A stretch of DNA of 64,000 nt, taken from IMG/VR virus record IMGVR_UViG_3300028195_000003. One strand, given 5' to 3'. The notes below the pieces were generated by a model. The model was given only the letters and a program-made list of their open reading frames with translations, did no database searches and was not told the origin of the DNA. The translations under genes and the position numbers were made by a program. This document shows, one piece after another, positions 36,160 to 44,461 of this stretch; position 1 is the first letter of the stretch, and each line of letters begins with the position of its first letter. Origin of the DNA: an uncultured virus (IMG/VR IMGVR_UViG_3300028195_000003) (taxonomy: Duplodnaviria > Heunggongvirae > Uroviricota > Caudoviricetes).

Positions 36160-38910
36160 TTACGGGATCATCTCATGGATGGGGATCTCGTTGCGCTCTG
36201 CAGCAGCGGTCCACTTGTTCAGCTCGCGGGGGGACTCGAGGTTCTCGGTGCAGATGACCAGGCCACCAGGGAAGCGGCGCTCGAGCTCGGACAGCAGATC
36301 ATCGACTGGCCCAGTGTTGCCCGGGAGCGGCTCACAGCCCCATGTGAGAATGTTCAACACGCTGCCTCCGTCCTCGGACAGGGCATCGTGTGGCCAGGGC
36401 CCACGCTCGCGCTGACCGTGCCTGACGAACAGCTCCACGAGCCTGTCCCGGCTGGAGATGGTCCAGGCGTTCGGATCCGAGTCCTCTGACTCATGGTAGG
36501 GGGCGAAGATCGCCGTCTTGCGACCGTCGTGACGACCGATGTAGTGACAGAAGGCACCGCTCGGGGCAAAGATGTGCTGCGGATCCATCAGGATGAGGTC
36601 AGGGGGCCAGACGGCGTCGCCGTAGGCGCCATACTCCTCGTTCGCGGTACAGTCCGGACAGAGGCCGTCATTGCTCTCGGCCTCGTGCGCGTCCACTCCA
36701 CATCCACGGCAGACGATCGTGGCATCGTCGAAGGGTGGAGGATCGTCGGCTGTGATCTCGTAGTGCCGATCGATCGGGACCCGCCAGTTACTGTCTTGAT
36801 CGTTGTAGCTACATCCTGCACGGTTGCAGGTGTAGAACGCGTAATCATGGCCACCCTCGGTGTCGAAGTACGAGGCCTCTCCTACCTCTCCGCACTCCGG
36901 ACAGAGCCCTGGGGCCGCTCCGAGCTCATCCTCGTCAGCGTCCTCATGCCGACATTCATGACAGAGGCCACCCTCGAGCAAGTGAGCAGCAACCCTGTTG
37001 CCGCAATCCTCGCACTCGCCCTGGCCGGGCTCGAGCTGGGCGACACCCGGAACGACAGCGGGGACATCACCCTCGTCACCATCACCCTGTTCCTCTTCCT
37101 GGGCCGCGTCGTGCTCGGTGATGAACCGCTCGAACGCCGGGGTCGTGGCGGTGAACAGGTCATCGATGGGGCACTCGATACGTGGCTCGATCACGGGACG
37201 GCCATCGATCAGGACTGGGAAAACACCGGGGGCTCCGGCCTCCGCCTCGTCATCGAACATATCGATCGAGACCATGATGTCGTGGGGCTCTGCATGAGTC
37301 GGGTTGACCCACAGCTTGATCCCGAGCGCATCGATCCCGCGATTTCGTAGCCATGGCTGAATGACCGGAGCGGCCTGCAGCTCGGGATGATCGACCGCCG
37401 AATCGAAGATGTCGTTGAAGCTCACGAGCACGGCTCCGTCATCGTGTACGTGCAGCCGGATCACCGGATTCTGTTCGTCCCAAGGCCGTTGCCGCTGAAA
37501 GTAGGTGCCCTGTCGCCCTTGGATGCCGTAGCGTCCCCGCAAGCAGCTCTCGAGCGACCCCAGGATAACGAACCAGGTCGGATAGGGCCCACCGGGGAAA
37601 GGAACCTGCAACTGGGAGGGCAGCGCCAGCGCATCGACTGGGTCGATCCCATCGTTCAGTCTCGTCCGAAGCTCATCGACCGCCTGGATCAGCAGGCCAT
37701 GGGCTCCGGCCAGAGCCTGAGCGTGAGGTCCGCCAACCGGAGGGTCCGGTGGCATCTCTGGAAGCAGGTCGGCCGGCAGCACCGGAGGAGGGCCAGCGGG
37801 AACATGGGGCTCGTACTCTTCCTCGTCCTCGTACTCTTCCTCGTCCTCGTCGTGCTCTTCCTCGTCATCGTCCAGGTACCTGTCGACTTCGATCTGGGCC
37901 AGATCGGAACGGAAGGGGTCGAGGTACCGAGTCGAGCCGGTGATAGGGAACGGCTCCAGGCCCGGAGTCTGGACCAAGAACCGCACCAGACGTTCCCTGG
38001 CGACCACATCGTCGATGGCTCCATCCCCAAAGCCATAAGCTTCGGTCACGCGATTGGGCAGGTCGTTGTCGTTCATGTTGACCCAGACGGTGCCCTGCGG
38101 CTGACCGAGCTGAGTTTCGGTGGCGTAGAGATTGTCCAGGTTCGTGGTACGGTAGGAGAACGCAGCCCCTGACCCGTCACGGCTCTTCTGGAAGTATCCG
38201 CTGCGCCCATCGGCCTCGCAGCTTTCATGATCGTCGCCACCGATGCAGTGGTTGATGGCGTTACCCTCGGCGGCGAACTGCTCAGGGGTCACCAGCCGAT
38301 CGATGCGGCCACCATCGCGCCAGACCATGACCTGGACAGCGGGAGGAAGCGTGTCTGCCACATCGTCCTTGTGACAGGTCGCGTGGTTCTCGGGAAGATA
38401 CAGGCCAGCGGCCCGCATGGCGTGCACCAGCCCGACAGCGTCCAGCTGAATGCCCGTGGTATGGGCCCAGCCGATGACGCTCATCAGACCGTCCTTGCTG
38501 TGCCTACGACCGAGCCTGTCGGCGATATTGGCCAGCTGAAAGCCGGCCACCGCCGCGTTTCTCTCTCTGGAGATCCTGCGATACTCCCGGCACAGTCCAC
38601 GGGAAACCCACGGCAGCATCGGGACGATAGAGGCCGCCATGTTCGGGCGGTTGATGGCCATGCCCTTGGCGATGACACCCAGACCATCAGGTCCGATGAT
38701 CTCCGCCAACGCCTCGACACAGGAAGGGTCACAGGCTCGGGCGATGGAGATCGACCGCTGCAGGATCTCCTGCAGGGTCGGCTCCTTGCGTCCGCCAGAG
38801 ATGGCCCTGACATCGAGACCCGAGCGTCCGGCCAGAGCCTGGATCCTGCTCTTGCGGGAGGTGTCACGAGGGTCCGTGACGATGGTCGTGGCGATGATGG
38901 TCGTGAGCAT
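36160..38910 (-). CDS. large PcfJ-like domain protein with multiple Zn ribbons (paralog 5)
   Basis: QFAAEGNAINHCIGG..AFSYR; several CxxC pairs. Confidence 0.7.
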   Translation of the reverse strand: MLTTIIATTIVTDPRDTSRKSRIQALAGRSGLDVRAISGGRKEPTLQEILQRSISIARACDPSCVEALAEIIGPDGLGVIAKGMAINRPNMAASIVPMLPWVSRGLCREYRRISRERNAAVAGFQLANIADRLGRRHSKDGLMSVIGWAHTTGIQLDAVGLVHAMRAAGLYLPENHATCHKDDVADTLPPAVQVMVWRDGGRIDRLVTPEQFAAEGNAINHCIGGDDHESCEADGRSGYFQKSRDGSGAAFSYRTTNLDNLYATETQLGQPQGTVWVNMNDNDLPNRVTEAYGFGDGAIDDVVARERLVRFLVQTPGLEPFPITGSTRYLDPFRSDLAQIEVDRYLDDDEEEHDEDEEEYEDEEEYEPHVPAGPPPVLPADLLPEMPPDPPVGGPHAQALAGAHGLLIQAVDELRTRLNDGIDPVDALALPSQLQVPFPGGPYPTWFVILGSLESCLRGRYGIQGRQGTYFQRQRPWDEQNPVIRLHVHDDGAVLVSFNDIFDSAVDHPELQAAPVIQPWLRNRGIDALGIKLWVNPTHAEPHDIMVSIDMFDDEAEAGAPGVFPVLIDGRPVIEPRIECPIDDLFTATTPAFERFITEHDAAQEEEQGDGDEGDVPAVVPGVAQLEPGQGECEDCGNRVAAHLLEGGLCHECRHEDADEDELGAAPGLCPECGEVGEASYFDTEGGHDYAFYTCNRAGCSYNDQDSNWRVPIDRHYEITADDPPPFDDATIVCRGCGVDAHEAESNDGLCPDCTANEEYGAYGDAVWPPDLILMDPQHIFAPSGAFCHYIGRHDGRKTAIFAPYHESEDSDPNAWTISSRDRLVELFVRHGQRERGPWPHDALSEDGGSVLNILTWGCEPLPGNTGPVDDLLSELERRFPGGLVICTENLESPRELNKWTAAAERNEIPIHEMIP

Positions 38911-39001
38911 GGCGGTATCTTACCAGCCACCACGCCCCAACGCCACGAAGTCAACAGACTGGCAGCCCCTCCGGGATTCGAACCCAGGACCCACGGTTTA
39001 G

Positions 39002-39602
39002 CTTCACCACACCGTGTTTCCACGGCCACCCGAGGGTGTTGTAGTCCGGACCATCTCTTCGCCGTCACAGGCGGGATGCGTATGGCCTCTACGGATCCCC
39101 ACGGCCGTGGGTTTCCTCGGGATCGTCGTAGGAGCGAAACTCCCTTACGAGGTTCCCCGATATAGCATCCTCCACCTCTTGTGTTCTTCCGGTGAGCTGA
39201 ATCATCCTGCTGAACCTGCCACGGCACCGCCTGGAACAGCATGTGTATTCATATCCTTTCGCAAGGAACGACTGTCCTCGTCGAACAGCGAAAATCTTTC
39301 CACACCACGGGCACCGAAGCTCAACCATTGCTCTTCCGACAGCCAAGGCGTGCCTTCGGGCATGTTCTCGCTTGCTCATGACCTCGAGGTTCGAGATGTC
39401 GTTGTTCTTCTTGTCGCCGTTCACGTGATGAACGATCTCACCTGAATCGAGAAGTCTTCCAAGGTGGTTCTCCATCACAACGCGATGAACCAAAATGTAC
39501 CCGAACTTGATAGCTCGGGGATGATCCGGCACCACCGCATAGACGTATTCACCCTTTTTGACCGTCTTCCCGATCTTCCACAAGAGGGCTCCTTTTTAGT
39601 CA
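39002..39602 (-). mobile_element. group I intron
   Basis: P3 GGATGC/GCATCC, P ATATCGGGGAA, Q GATCCCGAG, R GTAGAGGCCATACG, S GAAGAGATGGTCC, terminal G. Confidence 0.85.
39089..39583 (-). CDS. intron-encoded HNH homing endonuclease
   Basis: HRVVME.HLGR.L...EIVHH.NGDK.NN...NL, CPWC Zn finger; TTG start after AAGGAG. Confidence 0.88.
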   Translation of the reverse strand: MWKIGKTVKKGEYVYAVVPDHPRAIKFGYILVHRVVMENHLGRLLDSGEIVHHVNGDKKNNDISNLEVMSKREHARRHALAVGRAMVELRCPWCGKIFAVRRGQSFLAKGYEYTCCSRRCRGRFSRMIQLTGRTQEVEDAISGNLVREFRSYDDPEETHGRGDP

Positions 39603-39747
39603 AAGACCGTTGCTCTATCCAGCTGAGCTAAGGGGCTACAGTCAGTTGCAAGCATCACTGCTCTATCCAGACGATGACAGCCCGTCAACACCATCGTCTG
39701 AAATCGGATAAGATCGAACATACCAACATACGAGACAGGAGATCCCC

Positions 39748-40035
39748 ATGACCGCGATCCTCGCCCCCTACAAGCGTGCCCTGCAGCTGGCGTCCATCGG
39801 CGACACCGCAGGGGCCGAGAAGCTGTTCCGTAGCAGCTACCCCGCCATCGTGGCCAGCAGCCGACAGGCTCCTGGCACCATCGGGCTCCCAGCCTGGAGG
39901 GTGGCCATCATGCAGGCCGCGGGGCCCGCCGGGATGGGCGCAGCCAAGACGACCCTACAGGTCAACTACCCCCAGCTGTTCGGCGCCGGATGGCGCAAGG
40001 CCCGCAAGCGTCACTCGAAGCACCGAGGGCGTTAG
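39748..40035 (+). CDS. hypothetical protein
   Basis: AGGAG RBS; 95 aa. Confidence 0.55.
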   Translation: MTAILAPYKRALQLASIGDTAGAEKLFRSSYPAIVASSRQAPGTIGLPAWRVAIMQAAGPAGMGAAKTTLQVNYPQLFGAGWRKARKRHSKHRGR

Positions 40036-41972
40036 ACCTCGCCGTACCAAGCCGTCGCCGGCTCGATGGGTGTGCTCATGCGTCGGTACAGAGGAAGCTC
40101 CCAGGGGTAGTCCACCCCGGTGGGAGCCTCGGAGTCGTAGACCCGTCCGAGGTAGCGGACCCAGCAGTGACCAGCCAAGGGAGAGTCGAGCTCCGCGCAC
40201 TCGGTGACGGCCCCCGGACCGAGCCTGTTGACCAGGGCGTCGGCGAACTCCTCGCACAAGCCATTGTTGATGGCATACGGATCGGCCCCGAACTGCTCGA
40301 CGATGGTGTTGGCGAAGCCGGCGACCTCGTAGCGGCTCCAGGCACGTTGACCGGAGACGGCCCGGTCGATCTCGGCGTAGGGCACCAGGCGCACATCCTC
40401 GGGACGCAGGGTGATCTCCCACTCCTCGAGCATTACGTCCACGGCCCCCGCTCCGGCCTTGAGCTGTAGCTGCACGATCCCGACCTCATCGGGGCTGTGT
40501 CCGGCCAGCTTCTCCGGCTCCACGAGGAACCCGATGCGGGCGCACTCGAAGCTGAGGCCGTTCAGTCTCGACAGCCAGCCATCGAGAATCTGGAGCACGT
40601 CGTATGGGCCATAGTCCCGGCCAAGCTGGTCCAGATCCTCTGGATCGCAGTGTGCGGCCCCTCTGGCCAGCATCTCCGAAGAGACGGCCTCGTTGCTCTC
40701 CAGGTCGTCCGACCACATCTCGAGCAGAGCTCTTACCCAGGCTCCGATATCGGAGAAGTCAACGTACCCGTCGCTCCACGCGGTCTCTGGCCCGACACCG
40801 TATCCCTCTCGCTGTCCCTCGATATCCTCACCCGCCGTCAACGAGAAGGTGAGCTCACCATCGACCCTGACGAGCTGCCCGGAGTGAAACAGGTTTAGCT
40901 CCATCGCTTCGGTCATCGCCCACTGTAGACGCTTTGGCATCTTGGCGATCCGGGCCCTTACGTCCTCGAGCCATGGGACGGGGAACTCGTCCCACATCTC
41001 CATCCAGAGCAGGTACTTGGCGTACATCCTGGCCAGCTGGAGCTCTCCAGCTGCCTTGACCGCGGCGGTGATCCCGCCAGAGAAGCCGTGCAGGTCCAGA
41101 CAGAACTCGACAATCTCGGAGACATCGACCGGAGACCCCTGCTTGCACTGGGCGTTCGCGCAGCGCACCGCGAGCCGGATGCCGCGCTGCAGCCACAGGG
41201 CGCGACCTTTGTCGTAGGTCACGCTGACGGTGTCGGGGTGCCTGTCCATGGTGCTACCACCCAGACCCATCTTCGGGTAGAGGCCGTATCGGTGGTAGGG
41301 CTTGTCCGGCAGCTCGAAGTCTGGACTGGTCTCGCGCAGCAGCTGCAGCCGGCTCTTGAGCGCCGAAGCGCGGACCTCCGACAGAGCCGTGGTCACGTGG
41401 TAGAAGCCAGGGTGAGTGCCGGGATCGATCCACCCGGTCCCGGTCACGCGGTCCAGTAGCACCGGGCTGTCTGGGTCTTCCTCATCCCAGCGCAAGAGCA
41501 CCGGGCTGGCGTCCCAGTTCCACGCCGTCCACTTGTCCGGATCATCATCGAAGCTCCGCAGTCGTCGGATCTCCTGGGCCAACAGGTGGATGGTGGCCAC
41601 CGGATCGGCCTCTACGACCGCCTGGCAGCGCACATCGAGAGAGCTCTCGCGCTCCACCGTCCGGGCCAGTCTCTCTGTAAGAGGAACCAGGCTGCCGTCA
41701 TGTCGGAGCAGGGCCTTGGGAATGGCCGAGTCAACGAAGGGGACACGCTCCTTGGAGAAGTAGCGGGTCGGGAGATGGATGTCGTCGCCGGTGGTGAACC
41801 CGAAGGCCGTCCGGTTCAGCTCGTCTTCGGACCGATCCTCGAGATCGCTCAGTGGCAGCTCGGCCATCTGCACGATCCGGTTCGCACGGTCCTGGTTCCC
41901 GCCGAGGTTGTCCACCCTGACGGCGCCGTGTCCGAACAGCATGACGGCGAGGGGGCGTGACATCTCGGCCAT
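40032..41972 (-). CDS. multidomain protein (ART-like plus Cys-His-Asp papain-like)
   Basis: FYHVTT...VSVT; NNGLCEEFA..HCWV....VYDSE. Confidence 0.55.
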   Translation of the reverse strand: MAEMSRPLAVMLFGHGAVRVDNLGGNQDRANRIVQMAELPLSDLEDRSEDELNRTAFGFTTGDDIHLPTRYFSKERVPFVDSAIPKALLRHDGSLVPLTERLARTVERESSLDVRCQAVVEADPVATIHLLAQEIRRLRSFDDDPDKWTAWNWDASPVLLRWDEEDPDSPVLLDRVTGTGWIDPGTHPGFYHVTTALSEVRASALKSRLQLLRETSPDFELPDKPYHRYGLYPKMGLGGSTMDRHPDTVSVTYDKGRALWLQRGIRLAVRCANAQCKQGSPVDVSEIVEFCLDLHGFSGGITAAVKAAGELQLARMYAKYLLWMEMWDEFPVPWLEDVRARIAKMPKRLQWAMTEAMELNLFHSGQLVRVDGELTFSLTAGEDIEGQREGYGVGPETAWSDGYVDFSDIGAWVRALLEMWSDDLESNEAVSSEMLARGAAHCDPEDLDQLGRDYGPYDVLQILDGWLSRLNGLSFECARIGFLVEPEKLAGHSPDEVGIVQLQLKAGAGAVDVMLEEWEITLRPEDVRLVPYAEIDRAVSGQRAWSRYEVAGFANTIVEQFGADPYAINNGLCEEFADALVNRLGPGAVTECAELDSPLAGHCWVRYLGRVYDSEAPTGVDYPWELPLYRRMSTPIEPATAWYGEV

Positions 41973-42002
41973 GGATCGATCCTCACGATCGCTTGGTAGC
42001 GA

Positions 42003-42503
42003 TCACAGCTTGCGCGGTGGGCCGCTCGACCAGGCGTAGCGGTTGGCGTAGATCCAGGGACCGGCGGTGCCGAAGGCCTCGGCCTCCTGCTCACGCCTCT
42101 GCTGTTCGAGGACACGCTCGCCGTGCTCTCTGGAGATGGTCCCCGGTGGAAACTCGACCACGATCACCACATTGCCAGGTGCCGGGCTGATGTACTCGAG
42201 AGTCGCATCCGACTCGTCGACGATCTCCCGGAGATCCACGAGCTTCTGTGCGATCCACGATGCCGTACCAGCGAAGGGAACCCCGCTGAGCCTGACGACG
42301 ATTCGGTCATCGTGGACGACCTTGTTCATGCTCATCCCACCAGGGTAACGCTCGAGCATCTCGTCGAAGGCCTCGTTGATCGACAGGAAAGCCTCGCTGA
42401 CGGTGTCGTACAGGCCCTCGAAGCTCTCATCGACAGCTATGTCCAGGCCGGGCCTGTCGATCCAGCTGTAGCGATTGGCGAGCATCCACTTGACTGCGCT
42501 CAT
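42003..42503 (-). CDS. hypothetical protein
   Basis: AGGAGG RBS; begins MSAVKWMLANRY. Confidence 0.65.
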   Translation of the reverse strand: MSAVKWMLANRYSWIDRPGLDIAVDESFEGLYDTVSEAFLSINEAFDEMLERYPGGMSMNKVVHDDRIVVRLSGVPFAGTASWIAQKLVDLREIVDESDATLEYISPAPGNVVIVVEFPPGTISREHGERVLEQQRREQEAEAFGTAGPWIYANRYAWSSGPPRKL

Positions 42504-42692
42504 GGTGACCTCCTGTCAGTGGACAGGGTAGCACCTTCGATGGCCTACAGCCATCAGCCTACAGCCATCAGCCTACAGCCGCTCCGCGTGTTCACCACGA
42601 GGGCGATAGGCGTGGTTGTGAAGTGGTACCCCGAACGGGATTAGAACACGTGTGTAGCATCGCGAGCTGCGCCGGCATGGATGGACGAAGGG

Positions 42693-42769
42693 TGGTACCC
42701 CAGACGAGATTCGAACTCGCGAGCTGCGCCGTGAGAGGGCGCCGGCCTGGACCGCTAGCCTACTGGGGC
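42693..42769 (-). tRNA. tRNA-Glu(CTC)
   Basis: GCGCC-CTCTCAC-GGCGC. Confidence 0.9.
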
Positions 42770-42778
42770 ACGGGAAAA

Positions 42779-42854
42779 TGGTGGGCCGCCGGGGAATCGA
42801 ACCCCGAACCTACGGATTAAGAGTCCGTTGCTCTGCCAGTTGAGCTAACGGCCC
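42779..42854 (-). tRNA. tRNA-Lys(CTT)
   Basis: ACGGA-CTCTTAA-TCCGT. Confidence 0.92.
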
Positions 42855-42870
42855 ACAGAAACGTGAAAAA

Positions 42871-42947
42871 TGGCGGGGAAGACGGGACTCGAACCCGCTT
42901 TACTCCAGCGTGACAGGCTGGCGGCTCGACGCTTGGCCCTCATCCCC
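42871..42947 (-). tRNA. tRNA-Asp(GTC), atypical D arm
   Basis: CCAGC-CTGTCAC-GCTGG; GCCA end. Confidence 0.8.
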
Positions 42948-43566
42948 TTAGTTTACTCCACTGCTCCTCTGCTTCTCGGCAAGTCGTAATCATCGACGTA
43001 TACTGCTTGACCTCGTCCCATGACCAGACATAGCAAGTATCCGTAAAAAGGTCGTAACCAACAATGAAATCGAAATCTCCCTCTTGGGGAGGCCGTGTTT
43101 TTCCACGACCTTCGCCGAACCGGAGCTTAATGGCAGGAAGACCGTACCGTTCAGGACGAGCCCATCTAACCTGCACCCTGTGCGTCAGCTTCGTTTCCGG
43201 ATCCTCTACCATCCAGTCAGCTGAATCTCCGTCGAACACTGATCCGAACACGTTGAATCCACAGAGCACAAGCCTGAACATGACAGCAGCTTCAGCGATC
43301 TTTCCCTTCTCCTGCCTGGATAGATCACGACCCATAGTCATCTCATACGCCTTCGATGATTCTCCTTGTTCTCTCTTTATTCTACCTGGGCGCCAAAGGA
43401 ACCGACTTCGCTCTTTCGGGGTGAGTGGATAGTCCTTTACCCAGTTGCAGACAGAGCTTTTAGCTACTCCAAGGCGACGGGCGATCTCATTGCCGCTAAG
43501 GCGCTCTTCAACCCGAAGTCTTACAGCTTCCTTTCGTTTCTCGGTCTTCGCAGCAGGCATGAACAT
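42940..43566 (-). CDS. HTH plus PD-(D/E)XK endonuclease (group I intron-associated type)
   Basis: IARRLGVAKSSV..W HTH; KG.IAE..V...L...G..V......D.....RVQVR; lower GC. Confidence 0.8.
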   Translation of the reverse strand: MFMPAAKTEKRKEAVRLRVEERLSGNEIARRLGVAKSSVCNWVKDYPLTPKERSRFLWRPGRIKREQGESSKAYEMTMGRDLSRQEKGKIAEAAVMFRLVLCGFNVFGSVFDGDSADWMVEDPETKLTHRVQVRWARPERYGLPAIKLRFGEGRGKTRPPQEGDFDFIVGYDLFTDTCYVWSWDEVKQYTSMITTCREAEEQWSKLRG

Positions 43567-43658
43567 CTCCAGTATGGTTAGACAGAGTTACTCCGTTCTA
43601 ACCAGTCGGTCGAACACCCTTGACCGCTAGACCACGGCCCCGCAAAGGTTGAAGAAAA

Positions 43659-43735
43659 TGGCGTCCCCACCAGGACTCGAACCTGGAGCCTCTGGTACCG
43701 GAAACCAGCACTCTGTCCAGTTGAGCTATGGGGAC
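43659..43735 (-). tRNA. tRNA-Arg(CCG)
   Basis: CTGGT-TTCCGGT-ACCAG. Confidence 0.92.
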
Positions 43736-43743
43736 GTAGGAGA

Positions 43744-43820
43744 TGGCGCCCTGGGAGGGACTCGAACCCCCGACATCCGGTGCCGAAGACCAGCGCTCTA
43801 TCCAGCTGAGCTACCAGGGC
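43744..43820 (-). tRNA. tRNA-Arg(TCG)
   Basis: CTGGT-CTTCGGC-ACCGG. Confidence 0.92.
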
Positions 43821-43829
43821 ATGAGAAAA

Positions 43830-43906
43830 TGGCACCCCCGCCAGGACTCGAACCTGGGGCCTCAGCCTCCGCAAGGCTGCGCTCTATCCATCTGAGCTAC
43901 GGGGGT
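43830..43906 (-). tRNA. tRNA-Arg(GCG)
   Basis: CAGCC-TTGCGGA-GGCTG. Confidence 0.92.
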
Positions 43907-44120
43907 ATGAAAAATGAAAAGCAATGGCGGGCACAGAGGTACCGGCGGGAGAGAGCTCGTGCTCGATCTCGACCTGGGCACGGATCTCCGTACCCGCCAC
44001 GCTGTGTGTGGGGAACGACACCCCCTGGACCATTCCAGGGGGCGCCGCTCCCGCAGCGTCCATTCGTATTCATGATGTCAAAGAGGTGAACACCTACTGG
44101 AGAAACTCCAGCCCCTGACG

Positions 44121-44151
44121 CAAGAAACCCCGGCTGGTGGGCCGGGGTTCC
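44121..44151 (-). terminator. intrinsic terminator of a putative attenuator
   Basis: GGAACCCCGGC-CCACCA-GCCGGGGTTTCTT. Confidence 0.6.
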
Positions 44152-44175
44152 TTGTGACGTTGGGGAGGTGCTACG

Positions 44176-44319
44176 TCAGAGGGAACTCCGGCTCTCGGTG
44201 GGCCGACCGTCCTCGTTACGCTTCCCTTCGACGCACGTGGACAGCCGGCCGGCGGCGATCGCGTTGATCACGGCCTGCTGCATCGGCTGCACATGTGTTC
44301 TGGAGGAAGAGGCGAACAT
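44176..44319 (-). CDS. putative 47-aa leader peptide
   Basis: MFASSSRTHV...TESRSSL lies between the promoter and the terminator. Confidence 0.45.
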   Translation of the reverse strand: MFASSSRTHVQPMQQAVINAIAAGRLSTCVEGKRNEDGRPTESRSSL

Positions 44320-44367
44320 GACGATGGATCCTGGTGAGTGCCGGGTAGTCCGGCGACGTTCGAGAGG

Positions 44368-44396
44368 ATTCTACCCAGGGTGGCAGAGACGGTCAA
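44368..44396 (-). promoter_or_regulatory. sigma70 promoter pointing into the tRNA array
   Basis: TTGACC-17bp-TAGAAT with an upstream A-tract. Confidence 0.8.
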
Positions 44397-44461
44397 GCCG
44401 AATGTAGATCTTTTTTTACCGCAAGTGGAGCAAGTGTCGAGAAGAGGGGGTCAAAAGCGGA

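Larger units (their letters stand above)
38960..39637 (-). tRNA. tRNA-Arg(TCT) interrupted by a group I intron (exons 39637-39603 and 39001-38960)
   Basis: 5' exon AGCCCCTTAGCTCAGCTGGATAGAGCAACGGTCTT joined to 3' exon CTAAACCGTGGGTCCTGGGTTCGAATCCCGGAGGGGCTGCCA. Confidence 0.85.

Noticed and set aside
38960..39637. Amber suppressor (CTA) or Ser(GCT) reading of the intron-containing tRNA
   Set aside because: CTA would leave a 6-nt loop and GCT needs an intron not ending in G; A20 and G73 fit Arg
43925..43999. SRP RNA (CCAGG...AGCA hairpin)
   Set aside because: The helix-8 tetraloop and symmetric loop do not match the consensus spacing
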